Assembly: GCA_964447155.1 (NCBI GenBank)
Contig: CAYURM010000012.1
Span: 14,916 to 78,915 of the forward strand
Length of the DNA: 64,000 nt
Direction: 5' to 3'
Source: an uncultured Anaerolineaceae bacterium
Lineage (GTDB): Bacteria; Chloroflexota; Anaerolineae; Anaerolineales; Anaerolineaceae
The notes under the pieces are model-generated. The model made no database searches and was not told the origin of the DNA. It worked only from the letters and a program-made list of their open reading frames with translations. The position numbers and the translations under genes are program-made. This document shows positions 35,598 through 44,753 of this stretch, in pieces (within the stretch, counting starts at the first letter, position 1; each line of letters opens with the position of its first letter).

Positions 35598-37358
35598 ATG
35601 GAAAATGGATCATTTCGCACAGTAGACGACCAGGTCATCATGCGCTTGCGCGATCGCATTTGCGACACGCCCGACCGAATGCTCACCAGCGCATTATTTC
35701 TGCGCATCATCAAACAATACATCGCTGGTCTATCCAGAAAACAATCGCGGCTGTTGAATATCTTCCCCAACCCGCGCGCCATCACCGATGAGGACATCCA
35801 TCTGCTGGTTGAAGCACTACGGTATCTGATCAAACTGCCTGTAGACCTGATCCCGCGCATCATCCCGGAAGCCGAAGTCTTCTTTACCGACAAGGAATTA
35901 TTCTTTGATTTTATCGAGCAATTCTATAATTACTGGCGGCATCTGCACCGTCTGATCATCTGCGATTCAGCCGGCAACAGCTTTGACCAGCGCCCCTATC
36001 GCACCTTCAATGGCACCCTCGAGACCCTGATGCACGTCGTGCGCAGCACCTACCGCGATATTCAGGAAAATGTATCCGGCAAACACCCACGCATCTACCG
36101 CCAGGTGGCTGCCGGTGCCCAGGTTGGCACCATTGCCCTGCCCAAAAATATTCCTTACCCGGATGCCTACAGGAAATTGAACAACATCTCTGTCATCCGC
36201 CAGGTATTGATCTACCCCCCGATGATCTTCGACTCAACCACCAACAAGCGCAAAGGCGTTTTTGAACGTGTTTACCAAAATCCGGTGGGCAATCTGGACA
36301 TCAACAAAAATGACTGGTTGTGCTACCCCGCCAAGGTTGGACCCTTGTTGATCATGACCTATTTCAACGTCAAACTGTTTGAATTGGGATTCGCATTGAG
36401 CAATCTGTTTGAGGTTGCCAATGACGAAGATCTAAAAAAGAAACCCGACGCTATCTATATGTACGGTACGCCGGACACGATGATGCCCATCTCGGACACT
36501 TCCGACACGGTCTTTTTTGACGATGAAGAGAATGGCATCCTCACCAGCACCGTTCCGATGCGGGATGAATTCGGCTACTTTGGCTACCTCAAGAAAATGA
36601 TCCTCACCCTGCATAATATCAAAATCATGAAAATGGGGCGCCTGCCATTCCACGGCGCCATGTTCAACATCACCGTACGGGACAAAGGCTCTTACACCGT
36701 GATGATCATCGGCGACTCTGGCGCAGGAAAGTCCGAAAGCCTGGAAGCCTTGCGTACCATCGCCGGCGACGATATCGAAGACCTTACCATCATCGCTGAT
36801 GATATGGGTTCCATAGAAATCGACCCCGATTCCGGCAAGATTCTCGGTTATGGCACCGAAACCGGCGCCTTCGTGCGCATGGATGACCTCCAGCCCGGCT
36901 TCGCCTTCGGCCAGATCGACCGCGCCATCATCATGAACGCCAGCCAGGTCAATGCGCGTGTCGTCTTGCCCATCACCACCTATGACGAAGTCATGCACGG
37001 CTATTCAGTCGACTTCGTCCTGTATGCCAACAACTATGAAGCTGTAGATGACCACCACCCCACCCTCGAACGCTTTGACAGCGACACGGCCGCCCTGAAT
37101 GTCTTCGAGGAAGGCCGCGTAATGAGCAAAGGCACCACTGCCACTTCCGGGATTGTGCACAACTATTTCGCCAATATTTTCGGCCCACCCCAGTACAAAG
37201 AAAAGCATCAAGAACTTGCCAAAAAATACTTCAAACAATTCTTTGACCAGGGCCTGTATGTCGGTCAATTCCGCACCCAGCTCGGCATCGCCGGAAAAGA
37301 ACACAGCGGCCCGGAAGAAGCGGCAAAACATCTACTCAATCTGTTGAAAAATATTTAG
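35598..37358 (+). CDS. Uncharacterised PEPCK/HPr-kinase-superfamily P-loop protein
   Basis: LPFHGAMFN...MIIGDSGAGKSESLEAL...TIIADDMGS in the C-terminal third. Start at ATG 35598 (AGGAG SD 8 nt upstream) is preferred; the track start 35514 remains possible. Confidence 0.75.
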   Translation: MENGSFRTVDDQVIMRLRDRICDTPDRMLTSALFLRIIKQYIAGLSRKQSRLLNIFPNPRAITDEDIHLLVEALRYLIKLPVDLIPRIIPEAEVFFTDKELFFDFIEQFYNYWRHLHRLIICDSAGNSFDQRPYRTFNGTLETLMHVVRSTYRDIQENVSGKHPRIYRQVAAGAQVGTIALPKNIPYPDAYRKLNNISVIRQVLIYPPMIFDSTTNKRKGVFERVYQNPVGNLDINKNDWLCYPAKVGPLLIMTYFNVKLFELGFALSNLFEVANDEDLKKKPDAIYMYGTPDTMMPISDTSDTVFFDDEENGILTSTVPMRDEFGYFGYLKKMILTLHNIKIMKMGRLPFHGAMFNITVRDKGSYTVMIIGDSGAGKSESLEALRTIAGDDIEDLTIIADDMGSIEIDPDSGKILGYGTETGAFVRMDDLQPGFAFGQIDRAIIMNASQVNARVVLPITTYDEVMHGYSVDFVLYANNYEAVDDHHPTLERFDSDTAALNVFEEGRVMSKGTTATSGIVHNYFANIFGPPQYKEKHQELAKKYFKQFFDQGLYVGQFRTQLGIAGKEHSGPEEAAKHLLNLLKNI

Positions 37359-37367
37359 CAAATCGTT

Positions 37368-37405
37368 GTAGGGTGTGGTCGAACACGCTTCGCGCGACCG
37401 CACCC
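37368..37405. repeat. REP-like GTAG hairpin
   Basis: GTAG at 37368-37371. The 11-bp stem GGGTGTGGTCG / CGACCGCACCC (37371-37381 / 37395-37405) contains one G-U pair and has a 13-nt loop. Lies 10 nt after the stop of the upstream gene. Confidence 0.5.
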
Positions 37406-37597
37406 ATTCTGTTTCTCAAATAATGATGGGGGTTGCCGCGCTGTTTTTCTTTGCGGCTTTGCGTGAGAATAAAGAAGCAGGCACAGGGTGTGATCATTTT
37501 ACCGGCAGTTCAAATTCAGGAAAATCTGCTTCTGTTCAATCCGTTGATTCTCTTGTATACTGTGTGTAATTCATAACCCGACACCGAGGTTTCTTCA

Positions 37598-38083
37598 GTG
37601 GACGACCCTTATCTATCTAACCTATTAATCAAAAACGAGCGCGTGCTTTTTCACACCCGACAGCACTGGCTCAGTCTTGCTCTGCAAATCCTCCCCGAGA
37701 TTTTATCAGCCATAGCAATCACCATCCTGGTCTGGATCATCAGGACCAATTGGATGTTTTCACCTGTCGTCCGGTGGGCCTACCTGCTCAATCTCATTCC
37801 CCTTGCCAGCCTGCTCAGGGATGTTGCCCGCTGGCGCTATCACCAATACATCATCACCACCCACCGTATCATCCATCTCTCCGGCGTCATCGCCAAATAT
37901 GTCAGTGATTCCGCGCTGGATAAAGTCAATGACATCAATCTGGAACAAAATTTCTGGGGCCTCATCTTCAATTTCGGCAGTCTGGAAATCCTGACCGCCA
38001 GTGAGCTGGGCATGGAACGCTATGTCAACGTCGCTGCGCCGCTTGAATTTAAAAAAGCGCTTCTGGAAGCAAGTAATGGTTAA
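37598..38083 (+). CDS. Bacterial PH-domain (bPH_2 / YdbS-like) membrane protein
   Basis: Two N-terminal TM helices followed by RYHQYIITTHRIIHLSGVIAK...LEQNFWGLIFNFGSLEI, typical of bPH_2. GTG start with a GAGG SD 8 nt upstream. Confidence 0.75.
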   Translation: MDDPYLSNLLIKNERVLFHTRQHWLSLALQILPEILSAIAITILVWIIRTNWMFSPVVRWAYLLNLIPLASLLRDVARWRYHQYIITTHRIIHLSGVIAKYVSDSALDKVNDINLEQNFWGLIFNFGSLEILTASELGMERYVNVAAPLEFKKALLEASNG

Positions 38084-38140
38084 AAATTTACCCTCTTTTC
38101 TACTAAAAAATAACAACCACACATTGGAAAGGAAAGCATT

Positions 38141-38356
38141 ATGGCACAAAGATTTGATCATTGCCGCCTGATAGGCAGCCAGATCACTTATCTCGGGCGC
38201 GATGGTCTCTTTGAATCCCGCAGAGATATGAGTTGGAATGAGTTTAGCGCATGGGATTTGCTGGAAAAAGAAGGCTGGGAGCTGGTAACCGTCATTGTCA
38301 ACGAAGACGGCCACGAAGTCGCCTATTTCAAGCGCCCAACCCAAACCAACCGTTAA
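38141..38356 (+). CDS. Small hypothetical protein (71 aa)
   Basis: AAGGAAAG SD. The ORF ends inside a very strong terminator. Contains an EKEGWELVTV motif. Family not recognised with confidence. Confidence 0.6.
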   Translation: MAQRFDHCRLIGSQITYLGRDGLFESRRDMSWNEFSAWDLLEKEGWELVTVIVNEDGHEVAYFKRPTQTNR

Positions 38357-38394
38357 AACAAACCGGGCCAGGGAAACCCTGGCCCGGTTTGTTT
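38356..38394. terminator. Bidirectional rho-independent terminator (18-bp perfect stem)
   Basis: AAACAAACCGGGCCAGGG-aaa-CCCTGGCCCGGTTTGTTT at 38356-38394, followed by T. Lies between convergent genes. Confidence 0.9.
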
Positions 38395-38415
38395 TCCTCA
38401 AAAATCTTTTTATCC

Positions 38416-39210
38416 CTACTCCTCTTCAGCAAACAAATCCCGCTTCACGAAGGGAGCTTTCAGGAAGCGCATAAAACTCTTCCAGGGAGTCAGCCAGGCA
38501 ATCTTTGCACCGTGCGTCTCATTCTTCAGCACCTCTTCTGCCAGAAAAGGTGCCACCGTCTCCACCCTGTCCGCCAGAATATTATAGATGCGCTTCTTGC
38601 GCTCCCACTTTTCCCCTGATTGTTCTTCCCCAACCAGCAGATCCGTGATCACCATGCCGGGGCTTAAATACCCAATTTTAACAGCGCTGCCTTCAGCGTC
38701 CAAAACTGCCGTCTGCGTCAGTTTTGTCACCGCGCTCTTGCTGCTCTCGTAAAATGCCAACCCCTTAACCGCCCGCTTGCCGCTGCCCAGCCCTTCCATA
38801 TTGTAAATACTTCCGCCGCCCTGCGCCGCCATCCCGCGATAGGCTGTCCTTAACCCGTTGATCGATCCCAGCACATTGACGTCAAACACCTGTTCAACCC
38901 TGTCCATATCTACGGACCAGAATGGCAGGGCGTCATGGGTTACCCCGGCATTATTGATCCAGATATCCACGCTGCCAAATTTCGCACAGGCAGCATCCCA
39001 CAATGCCTGCACCTGATCTGCATGGGCAACATCACAAGCCTGACCAAACACCCGATCAGTTCCATACACACCTGCCAGATCGGTTACGGTTTCGTCCACC
39101 GATTGCGCATTGCGTCCGTTAACCACCACAGCACAGCCATGCTTCAAAAATGCCTCTGCCAATCCCCGGCCAATTCCCCGCGTACTTCCCGTTACCACGA
39201 CAGTTTTCAT
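38416..39210 (-). CDS. Short-chain dehydrogenase/reductase
   Basis: VVVTGSTRGIGRG cofactor motif, NNAG, YESSKSAV catalytic motif. Confidence 0.88.
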   Translation of the reverse strand: MKTVVVTGSTRGIGRGLAEAFLKHGCAVVVNGRNAQSVDETVTDLAGVYGTDRVFGQACDVAHADQVQALWDAACAKFGSVDIWINNAGVTHDALPFWSVDMDRVEQVFDVNVLGSINGLRTAYRGMAAQGGGSIYNMEGLGSGKRAVKGLAFYESSKSAVTKLTQTAVLDAEGSAVKIGYLSPGMVITDLLVGEEQSGEKWERKKRIYNILADRVETVAPFLAEEVLKNETHGAKIAWLTPWKSFMRFLKAPFVKRDLFAEEE

Positions 39211-39227
39211 CTTTCCTCACCATTTAA

Positions 39228-40001
39228 TTAGACATGCCAATGCACCTGTGGTCTGCGCGAGATTAAAACCTGGGCTGCCGCCTGACAATCCGCGAACCAG
39301 TACAACCGTTTTGAGCCAGGTTGAACCAATTGGGCCGGGAATTTCCCAACCTCTTCGTCTGCTGCCAGCACATCCTGCAAAACCTGTGCCTTCGCTTCCC
39401 CTGAAACCAGAAACAGCACATCTCTGGCTGCGTTCAACACGGGCAGGGTCAATGTCACCCGCCAGGCATCCAGTTTCTCTACATACACCGCTGCTGCCCA
39501 GCGCTCCTGCTCATCCAACGCAGTTGTACCTGGGAACAGCGAAGCCGTATGTCCATCACTGCCCATCCCCAACAGGATCAGATCAAAAACCGGCGGGCGG
39601 GTTGTGTCCGGCAAGCCAAAACTGGCCTGTAATTCCTTCTCATACTGCCGGGCAGCCTCTTCAGGCGGCAGTTCCGTCAAAAACCGATGAATATTGGCTG
39701 CCGGGATAGGCAAATCATCCAGCAGAGCTTCGCGCGCCATTCGGTAATTGCTTTCGGCATCATCCGGCGGCACACAGCGTTCATCTCCCCAGAAGATATG
39801 CACCAAATCCCAGTTCAACGCATCCTGCATGCGTGTTACCCGCAGCCGCTGGAAAAGCAGCTTCGGTGTCGTTCCACCGGAAAATGCGACCATGAAACGT
39901 CCCCTGTGCAAGATAGCCGCCTGCCCAATCGACAGGAAGTGATGCGCCCCCGCAAAGGCCAACGCTTCACGATCTGGAAATATGCGGAGTTTTGGTTTCA
40001 T
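39228..40001 (-). CDS. pgl: 6-phosphogluconolactonase
   Basis: FSGGTTPKLLF motif and DERCVPPDD. Lies immediately downstream of zwf. Confidence 0.88.
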   Translation of the reverse strand: MKPKLRIFPDREALAFAGAHHFLSIGQAAILHRGRFMVAFSGGTTPKLLFQRLRVTRMQDALNWDLVHIFWGDERCVPPDDAESNYRMAREALLDDLPIPAANIHRFLTELPPEEAARQYEKELQASFGLPDTTRPPVFDLILLGMGSDGHTASLFPGTTALDEQERWAAAVYVEKLDAWRVTLTLPVLNAARDVLFLVSGEAKAQVLQDVLAADEEVGKFPAQLVQPGSKRLYWFADCQAAAQVLISRRPQVHWHV

Positions 40002-40024
40002 TTATCCCTCCTGCAGGAATTCAT

Positions 40025-41497
40025 TCAGGCCCATTTACAGAAATTCGTCACCACCATCTCTCTGGCGGCTTGCGGCCCCCACGAACCTGGCGCATAGCTT
40101 GCCAGTTCGGGGCCTTGTTTATCTTCCCAGCCCCTGACCAATGGATCGATCAGATGCCAGGCCGCTTCGATTTCATCGCTGCGCGCAAACAGGGAAGCAT
40201 CTCCCCGCAGCGCATCCAGGATCAACCGCTCATAAGCATCCGGTAAAATGCTGTCACCAAAAGAGGAACTGTAATGGAATTCCATATCTACCGAACGCGA
40301 TTCCTGAGCCGAATCGGGCAGCTTGGCTTCAAAACGCAAATGAATACCTTCATCCGGCTGAATATAAATGGAAAGCATATTCGGAGAAAAGGTACCATTG
40401 GTCGCACGGTTAAACATCATATGCGGCGGACATTGAAACTCAATATTGATCTCGCTGCGCTTCTTCTCCAACGCCTTGCCAGACATCAAATAGAACGGCA
40501 CTCCCTTCCAGCGCCAATTATCGACATACGCCTTGACCATGGCATACGTCGGCGTCCGCGAATCACCGGCTACTCCCTCCGTATCCCGATACCCTTCATA
40601 CTGTGCCAGCACACTGTCGGAAATCGTTAAAGGACGGATAGACTTCAACACCTTCACCTTTTCGTTGCGCAAAGCCTCCGCTTCAAAAGATGCCGGCGGC
40701 TCCATTGCCACCAGAGCCAAAAGCTGCAGCAAATGATTCTGGAAGATGTCTCGCAGCACCCCGGCGTGGTCATAATACCCCGCGCGATGCCCCACATCCA
40801 CCGTCTCGGCTACAGTGATCTGCACGTTTTGCACATACTGGCGATTCCACACCGGTTCAAAGATCGCATTTGCAAAACGGAAAAAGAGAATATTCTGTGC
40901 TGTTTCTTTTCCCAGATAATGATCCATCCGATAGACCTGCTTTTCGTTGAAAACAGCATGCACTGCCTCATTCAGTTCCACCGCGGAATCCAGATCGCGG
41001 CCAAACGGTTTCTCGATGATCACATTCCGAAAACCTGTCGTTTCATTCGCCATACCATAGCGCCCCAATGCCGCCACGGCCGGGATATAAAACTTCGGTG
41101 CAATTGCCAGATAATACAGCCGGTTGGCTTGTTCCCGTTCTTCCTTTTTTTCTTCTTCTTCCAGATACACAGACAGCCGTTCATAATCCTCCGGCACACT
41201 CAGATCGCCGCGGAAATAATGCAGCATCGGCACAAACCGCTGCCAAAGCTGCTCATCAAACGTGTTCGCTGAAAACTCTTTCACCCCTTCAAGCAGCAGC
41301 GCACGAAATTTTTCTGTCGTATAGGGTCTTCTGGCAAATCCAATAATGCGCGTCGTCTCCCACAGACGTTCTTTGCGATATAAATTATACAGCGCAGGGA
41401 TTAATTTGCGGTGCGTCAAATCACCTGAAGCGCCAAAAATAACAATCGTGGAACATTTCGAAATTCCCACATTCGTGGGTTTATTTTCTTCCGGCAT
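40025..41497 (-). CDS. zwf: Glucose-6-phosphate 1-dehydrogenase
   Basis: [23 protein letters not shown] and the RMDHYLGKE signature. Start at ATG 41497 (GGAGGG SD 5 nt upstream), not 41575. Confidence 0.95.
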   Translation of the reverse strand: MPEENKPTNVGISKCSTIVIFGASGDLTHRKLIPALYNLYRKERLWETTRIIGFARRPYTTEKFRALLLEGVKEFSANTFDEQLWQRFVPMLHYFRGDLSVPEDYERLSVYLEEEEKKEEREQANRLYYLAIAPKFYIPAVAALGRYGMANETTGFRNVIIEKPFGRDLDSAVELNEAVHAVFNEKQVYRMDHYLGKETAQNILFFRFANAIFEPVWNRQYVQNVQITVAETVDVGHRAGYYDHAGVLRDIFQNHLLQLLALVAMEPPASFEAEALRNEKVKVLKSIRPLTISDSVLAQYEGYRDTEGVAGDSRTPTYAMVKAYVDNWRWKGVPFYLMSGKALEKKRSEINIEFQCPPHMMFNRATNGTFSPNMLSIYIQPDEGIHLRFEAKLPDSAQESRSVDMEFHYSSSFGDSILPDAYERLILDALRGDASLFARSDEIEAAWHLIDPLVRGWEDKQGPELASYAPGSWGPQAAREMVVTNFCKWA

Positions 41498-41573
41498 ACA
41501 ATCCCTCCAATAAACATCCGCTTTTACTCGCTCTACCGAGACCCCCGCCGGGAAAGCACAAAATCTATCCCTC

Positions 41574-41623
41574 AAACCAATGATCCTATTATACTATCTG
41601 ACAACACCAGCTATCATTGGTTT
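41574..41623. promoter_or_regulatory. 11-bp perfect inverted repeat bracketing divergent -10 elements (zwf / flavin reductase-like gene)
   Basis: AAACCAATGAT (41574-41584) and ATCATTGGTTT (41613-41623). Between them lie TATAAT on the minus strand (41593-41588) and TATACT on the plus strand (41590-41595). Confidence 0.4.
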
Positions 41624-41698
41624 ACAATTGCAGAACAGCTTTCGGTTTTCTGTCCTGCTTTACCGCAAATACCTCTATTCAATCTTCACAAAGAAAGG

Positions 41699-42244
41699 AT
41701 GTTTCCCATGCAGCGAATCGCGATCCCCGTTGATAAATTCCAATCGCAGAACTATACTCTCTTCTCGGAAAAATGGTTCCTCCTTACCGGCGGAGACTAT
41801 CAAAAGCATCACTTCAACACCATGACCATCGAATGGGGTTCTATCGGAAAAATCTGGCGGCAGCCGCTTGTCCAGGTTTTTGTGCGTCCCTCCCGTTATA
41901 CCTATCAATTCATGGAACAATACCACACCTTTACCCTGAGCAGCTTCCCCAGGCAATACAAAGACGCCCTCCTGCTGCTTGGCACCAAGTCTGGCCGCGA
42001 TGGGGACAAGATCGCTGAGGCCGGCCTCACCCCTGAAGCTGCCAGCCGGGTCGCCGCACCGGTATTTGCCCAAGCAGAACTCACCATTGAGTGTGTAAAA
42101 ATCTACTGGGATGACATCGTACCCGCCCAAATGGTCGACGAAGAAGCATTCAATCGCTACGGGAATCTTCCTGACCCCCACCGCGTCTACTTCGGCAAAA
42201 TCGTTGCCATTTACGGGACGCACCAATACCAATCCGCCACTTAA
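41699..42244 (+). CDS. Flavin reductase-like (FMN-binding split-barrel) domain protein
   Basis: FNTMTIEWGSIG...VFVRPSRYTYQF... resembles the flavin reductase-like domain. An alternative start is ATG 41708. Confidence 0.75.
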   Translation: MFPMQRIAIPVDKFQSQNYTLFSEKWFLLTGGDYQKHHFNTMTIEWGSIGKIWRQPLVQVFVRPSRYTYQFMEQYHTFTLSSFPRQYKDALLLLGTKSGRDGDKIAEAGLTPEAASRVAAPVFAQAELTIECVKIYWDDIVPAQMVDEEAFNRYGNLPDPHRVYFGKIVAIYGTHQYQSAT

Positions 42245-42331
42245 CCCGATTTCAGCCTCACCAGCCTCAAACGCGTTACAATAGAGTTAACCTTAATTCA
42301 ATGATCGTTTCACGTTCGCAGAGTTCCTGCC

Positions 42332-43339
42332 ATGTATCCAAAAAATCCGGATGACAAACCCCTTCTCGAGGTATGGCCCGAATCCATTGATTTTGGCAGT
42401 TTTCATCCCAACGCCCCCCTCACCGAACAACCGGCTATCGAAATCACCATCACCAACGCGGGCACTGGCATCCTGCAAGGCCGGCTGGTGCCTGCGGTCA
42501 GCTGGCTGATTCCCCATCCCATCGCTTTCGTGTGTAAAGCGGGTGAAACCAGCCGTCACCGCATTCACCTTAGCACCGGCGCGCCAACAGATTCCTATCG
42601 CCAGGCATACAGCTTTGAAGAAAGCTTGCTGGTTACCAGCAATGGCGGCGAACACTGGTTTTCATGTGCTTATCAAAAATCTGCGCAAAATATCATCCCC
42701 AATCGTTCCAACCTGCCCTGGTTGCTGATCCCGTCCATCCTGTTTGCAATCGCCGCGTTAATCTTCTTTTTTGCAATCCGTTCACCAGGTAACGACACCC
42801 TCGCTGACCTGCAAGCCAGAGAAGAGGAAAGGATCTATACGGAAGCCGCCAGCACCCTCTTCGTCGAAATGACCACCACCGCCATCTTTGCCAACGCTGC
42901 CCCGCAGGGTGAACCGGCAGCGATTGTCATCGCTCTGCCCACGCAAGAAGCTACCTCGGAATTTGACCCCACCGCCACCTTCACCCCCTGGCCGCAGCAA
43001 AATTTCCCCAACCCGGAACAGTTCATCCGCGACTATTATCAGGCCATCAACCAGGGTGATTACGAAAAATCCTGGGAAATGTTGTCAAAAGACTTTCAGG
43101 AAACCTGCTGCCAGGTGGCGGGCAACGACCCCTTCGTCATCTATACGCATTTTTGGGACAATGTAGAACAAATTACTGTCCTTTCAGCTTATTTGCAGGA
43201 CTGGAACGCCAACCCTGCCGAAGTGTATGTCTCCCTCGAATACCAGCACTCCCGCGGCGACACCTTTGAAGAATTTCACCCCTTCTATCTGATCATCAAC
43301 CCTGCAGGAACCAATCTATTGATTGATCGCGTGGAGTGA
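42332..43339 (+). CDS. Hypothetical single-pass membrane protein
   Basis: Beta-rich N-terminal domain, TM helix LPWLLIPSILFAIAALIFFFAI, a low-complexity linker, and a C-terminal region (FIRDYYQAINQGDYEKSWEML) resembling NTF2/SnoaL-like folds. Confidence 0.65.
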   Translation: MYPKNPDDKPLLEVWPESIDFGSFHPNAPLTEQPAIEITITNAGTGILQGRLVPAVSWLIPHPIAFVCKAGETSRHRIHLSTGAPTDSYRQAYSFEESLLVTSNGGEHWFSCAYQKSAQNIIPNRSNLPWLLIPSILFAIAALIFFFAIRSPGNDTLADLQAREEERIYTEAASTLFVEMTTTAIFANAAPQGEPAAIVIALPTQEATSEFDPTATFTPWPQQNFPNPEQFIRDYYQAINQGDYEKSWEMLSKDFQETCCQVAGNDPFVIYTHFWDNVEQITVLSAYLQDWNANPAEVYVSLEYQHSRGDTFEEFHPFYLIINPAGTNLLIDRVE

Positions 43340-43359
43340 TCTCAATCCCCTTTTATAAT

Positions 43360-43381
43360 TGTAGTGGCGACTTCAGTCGTC
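43360..43381. repeat. REP-like GTAG hairpin
   Basis: GTAG at 43360-43363, then a 7-bp stem TGGCGAC / GTCGTCA (one G-U pair) with a TTCA loop. Lies 21 nt after the upstream stop. Confidence 0.45.
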
Positions 43382-43548
43382 ATCCCTGCGTACTCATACA
43401 TACCATTCCAGCTTCCCAAAATGCCCCGCCACTTTTTACCAACTGACCTGAAAAACAAGAAATTTCACCCCTTATTTTTGAACCCCCATGAACACGTTAA
43501 TGGTACACTAGCCATGAACAAAGGATTAAACAGAATAGCGAGGGAAAA

Positions 43549-44673
43549 GTGAGAAAACGAATTGGTATCTTAACTGCTGGCAGCGACAGCCCGGGCCTAA
43601 ACGCTACCATCAGAGGACTTGGTAAAGCCGCCCTGGGCACCTTTGGGATGGACCTGATCGGCTTCGTGGATGGCTTTCAAGGGCTGGTCGAAGATAAAAC
43701 CGTCGAGATCTTCAGTACCGATCTGTCCGGTATTCTTACCGATGGAGGCACCTTCCTGGGCACCAGCAGGGACAGCATCCAGGATTACCCTTTGAACGAT
43801 GGCAGCACAGCCGACCGCACGGATCAGGCCATTGAAACCTTGAAAAAACATAAGCTGGATGCATTGGTCTGCCTGGGCGGTCATGAAACCCAAATCACCG
43901 CCCTTCATCTGCAAAAAAAAGGGGTAAACATCATCGGCATTCCCAAATCGATCACCAACAACATCCCCCAAACGGACACCAGTGTAGGATTTGACACGGC
44001 CCTGGGCGTTGCTACAGAGGCGATAGACCGCCTGCACAGCACAGCCCATAGTCATCACCGCATCATGATCGTCGAGATCATGGGCCGCCATGCTGGCTGG
44101 CTGACCCTCGGCGCTGGCATTGCCGGCGGCGCCGATGCTATTTTAATCCCCGAAATTGCTTATGACCCCAAACTCGTCGCCCAGGCAATCAACGACCGGC
44201 GCAGTTCCGGCAAACGCTTCAGCATTATTGCCGTGGCCGAAAATGCCATGTCACTGGACTATGTGGAATTTTTTGAGCACTCCCGAAAAATGAACCACCG
44301 CCTGCGCTCCGGTGAAGAGGAAACAAAAATTGACCAGGAACTGTCCCGCATCGAAAACCAGATCCAGGGCAATACCCTCTTGCTGGCCGACCGGCTGCAT
44401 GCCTTCACCGGCCTGGATACCCGCATCACCATCCTGGGCCATCTGCTGCGCGGCGGTACCCCCTCAGCTTCCGACCGCCTCCTGGCAACCCAGTTTGGCA
44501 CGGCATGTGCCGACCTGATCCAGAGAAAGCAATACGGCGTAATGATCGCCAAACAGGGCATGCAGACCGTTCCTGTCCCGCTGGAACAAATTGCAGGCAA
44601 AGTGAAGCAGGTTCCCCTTGACGACCCCTGGATCATTGGCGCCAAACACGTCGGCACCGTCTTCGGGGATTAA
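43549..44673 (+). CDS. Phosphofructokinase-family protein with non-canonical catalytic motifs
   Basis: PFK fold motifs IGILTAGSDSPGLNA, VEIMGRHAGWL and ILGHLLRGG are present. However, GGDGS is GGHET (43876-43890) and TIDND is SITNN (43948-43962). GTG start with a GAGGGA SD. Confidence 0.85.
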   Translation: MRKRIGILTAGSDSPGLNATIRGLGKAALGTFGMDLIGFVDGFQGLVEDKTVEIFSTDLSGILTDGGTFLGTSRDSIQDYPLNDGSTADRTDQAIETLKKHKLDALVCLGGHETQITALHLQKKGVNIIGIPKSITNNIPQTDTSVGFDTALGVATEAIDRLHSTAHSHHRIMIVEIMGRHAGWLTLGAGIAGGADAILIPEIAYDPKLVAQAINDRRSSGKRFSIIAVAENAMSLDYVEFFEHSRKMNHRLRSGEEETKIDQELSRIENQIQGNTLLLADRLHAFTGLDTRITILGHLLRGGTPSASDRLLATQFGTACADLIQRKQYGVMIAKQGMQTVPVPLEQIAGKVKQVPLDDPWIIGAKHVGTVFGD

Positions 44674-44695
44674 TTTTTCGAATCGCTTAAAAATA

Positions 44696-44728
44696 AGGGA
44701 CAGGCTCGCAGCCTGTCCCTCTTTTTTT
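44696..44728. terminator. Bidirectional rho-independent terminator
   Basis: 11-bp perfect stem AGGGACAGGCT / AGCCTGTCCCT with a 3-nt loop, followed by CTTTTTTT and preceded by AAAAATAA. Lies between convergent genes. Confidence 0.85.
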
Positions 44729-44753
44729 ATCGAATTGCTTTGTGTAGAAAACG

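Noticed and set aside
37375-37569. 64-aa ORF downstream of the PEPCK/HprK-like gene
   Set aside because: It starts inside the REP-like hairpin, has no SD, and has an unremarkable low-complexity translation. The region is better explained as a terminator/REP plus the promoter of the bPH gene.
43549-44673. Calling this gene a canonical ATP-dependent 6-phosphofructokinase (pfkA)
   Set aside because: The fold is PFK, but the TIDND and GGDGS catalytic/Mg-ATP motifs are replaced (SITNN, GGHET). I therefore report it as a PFK-family protein of uncertain activity.
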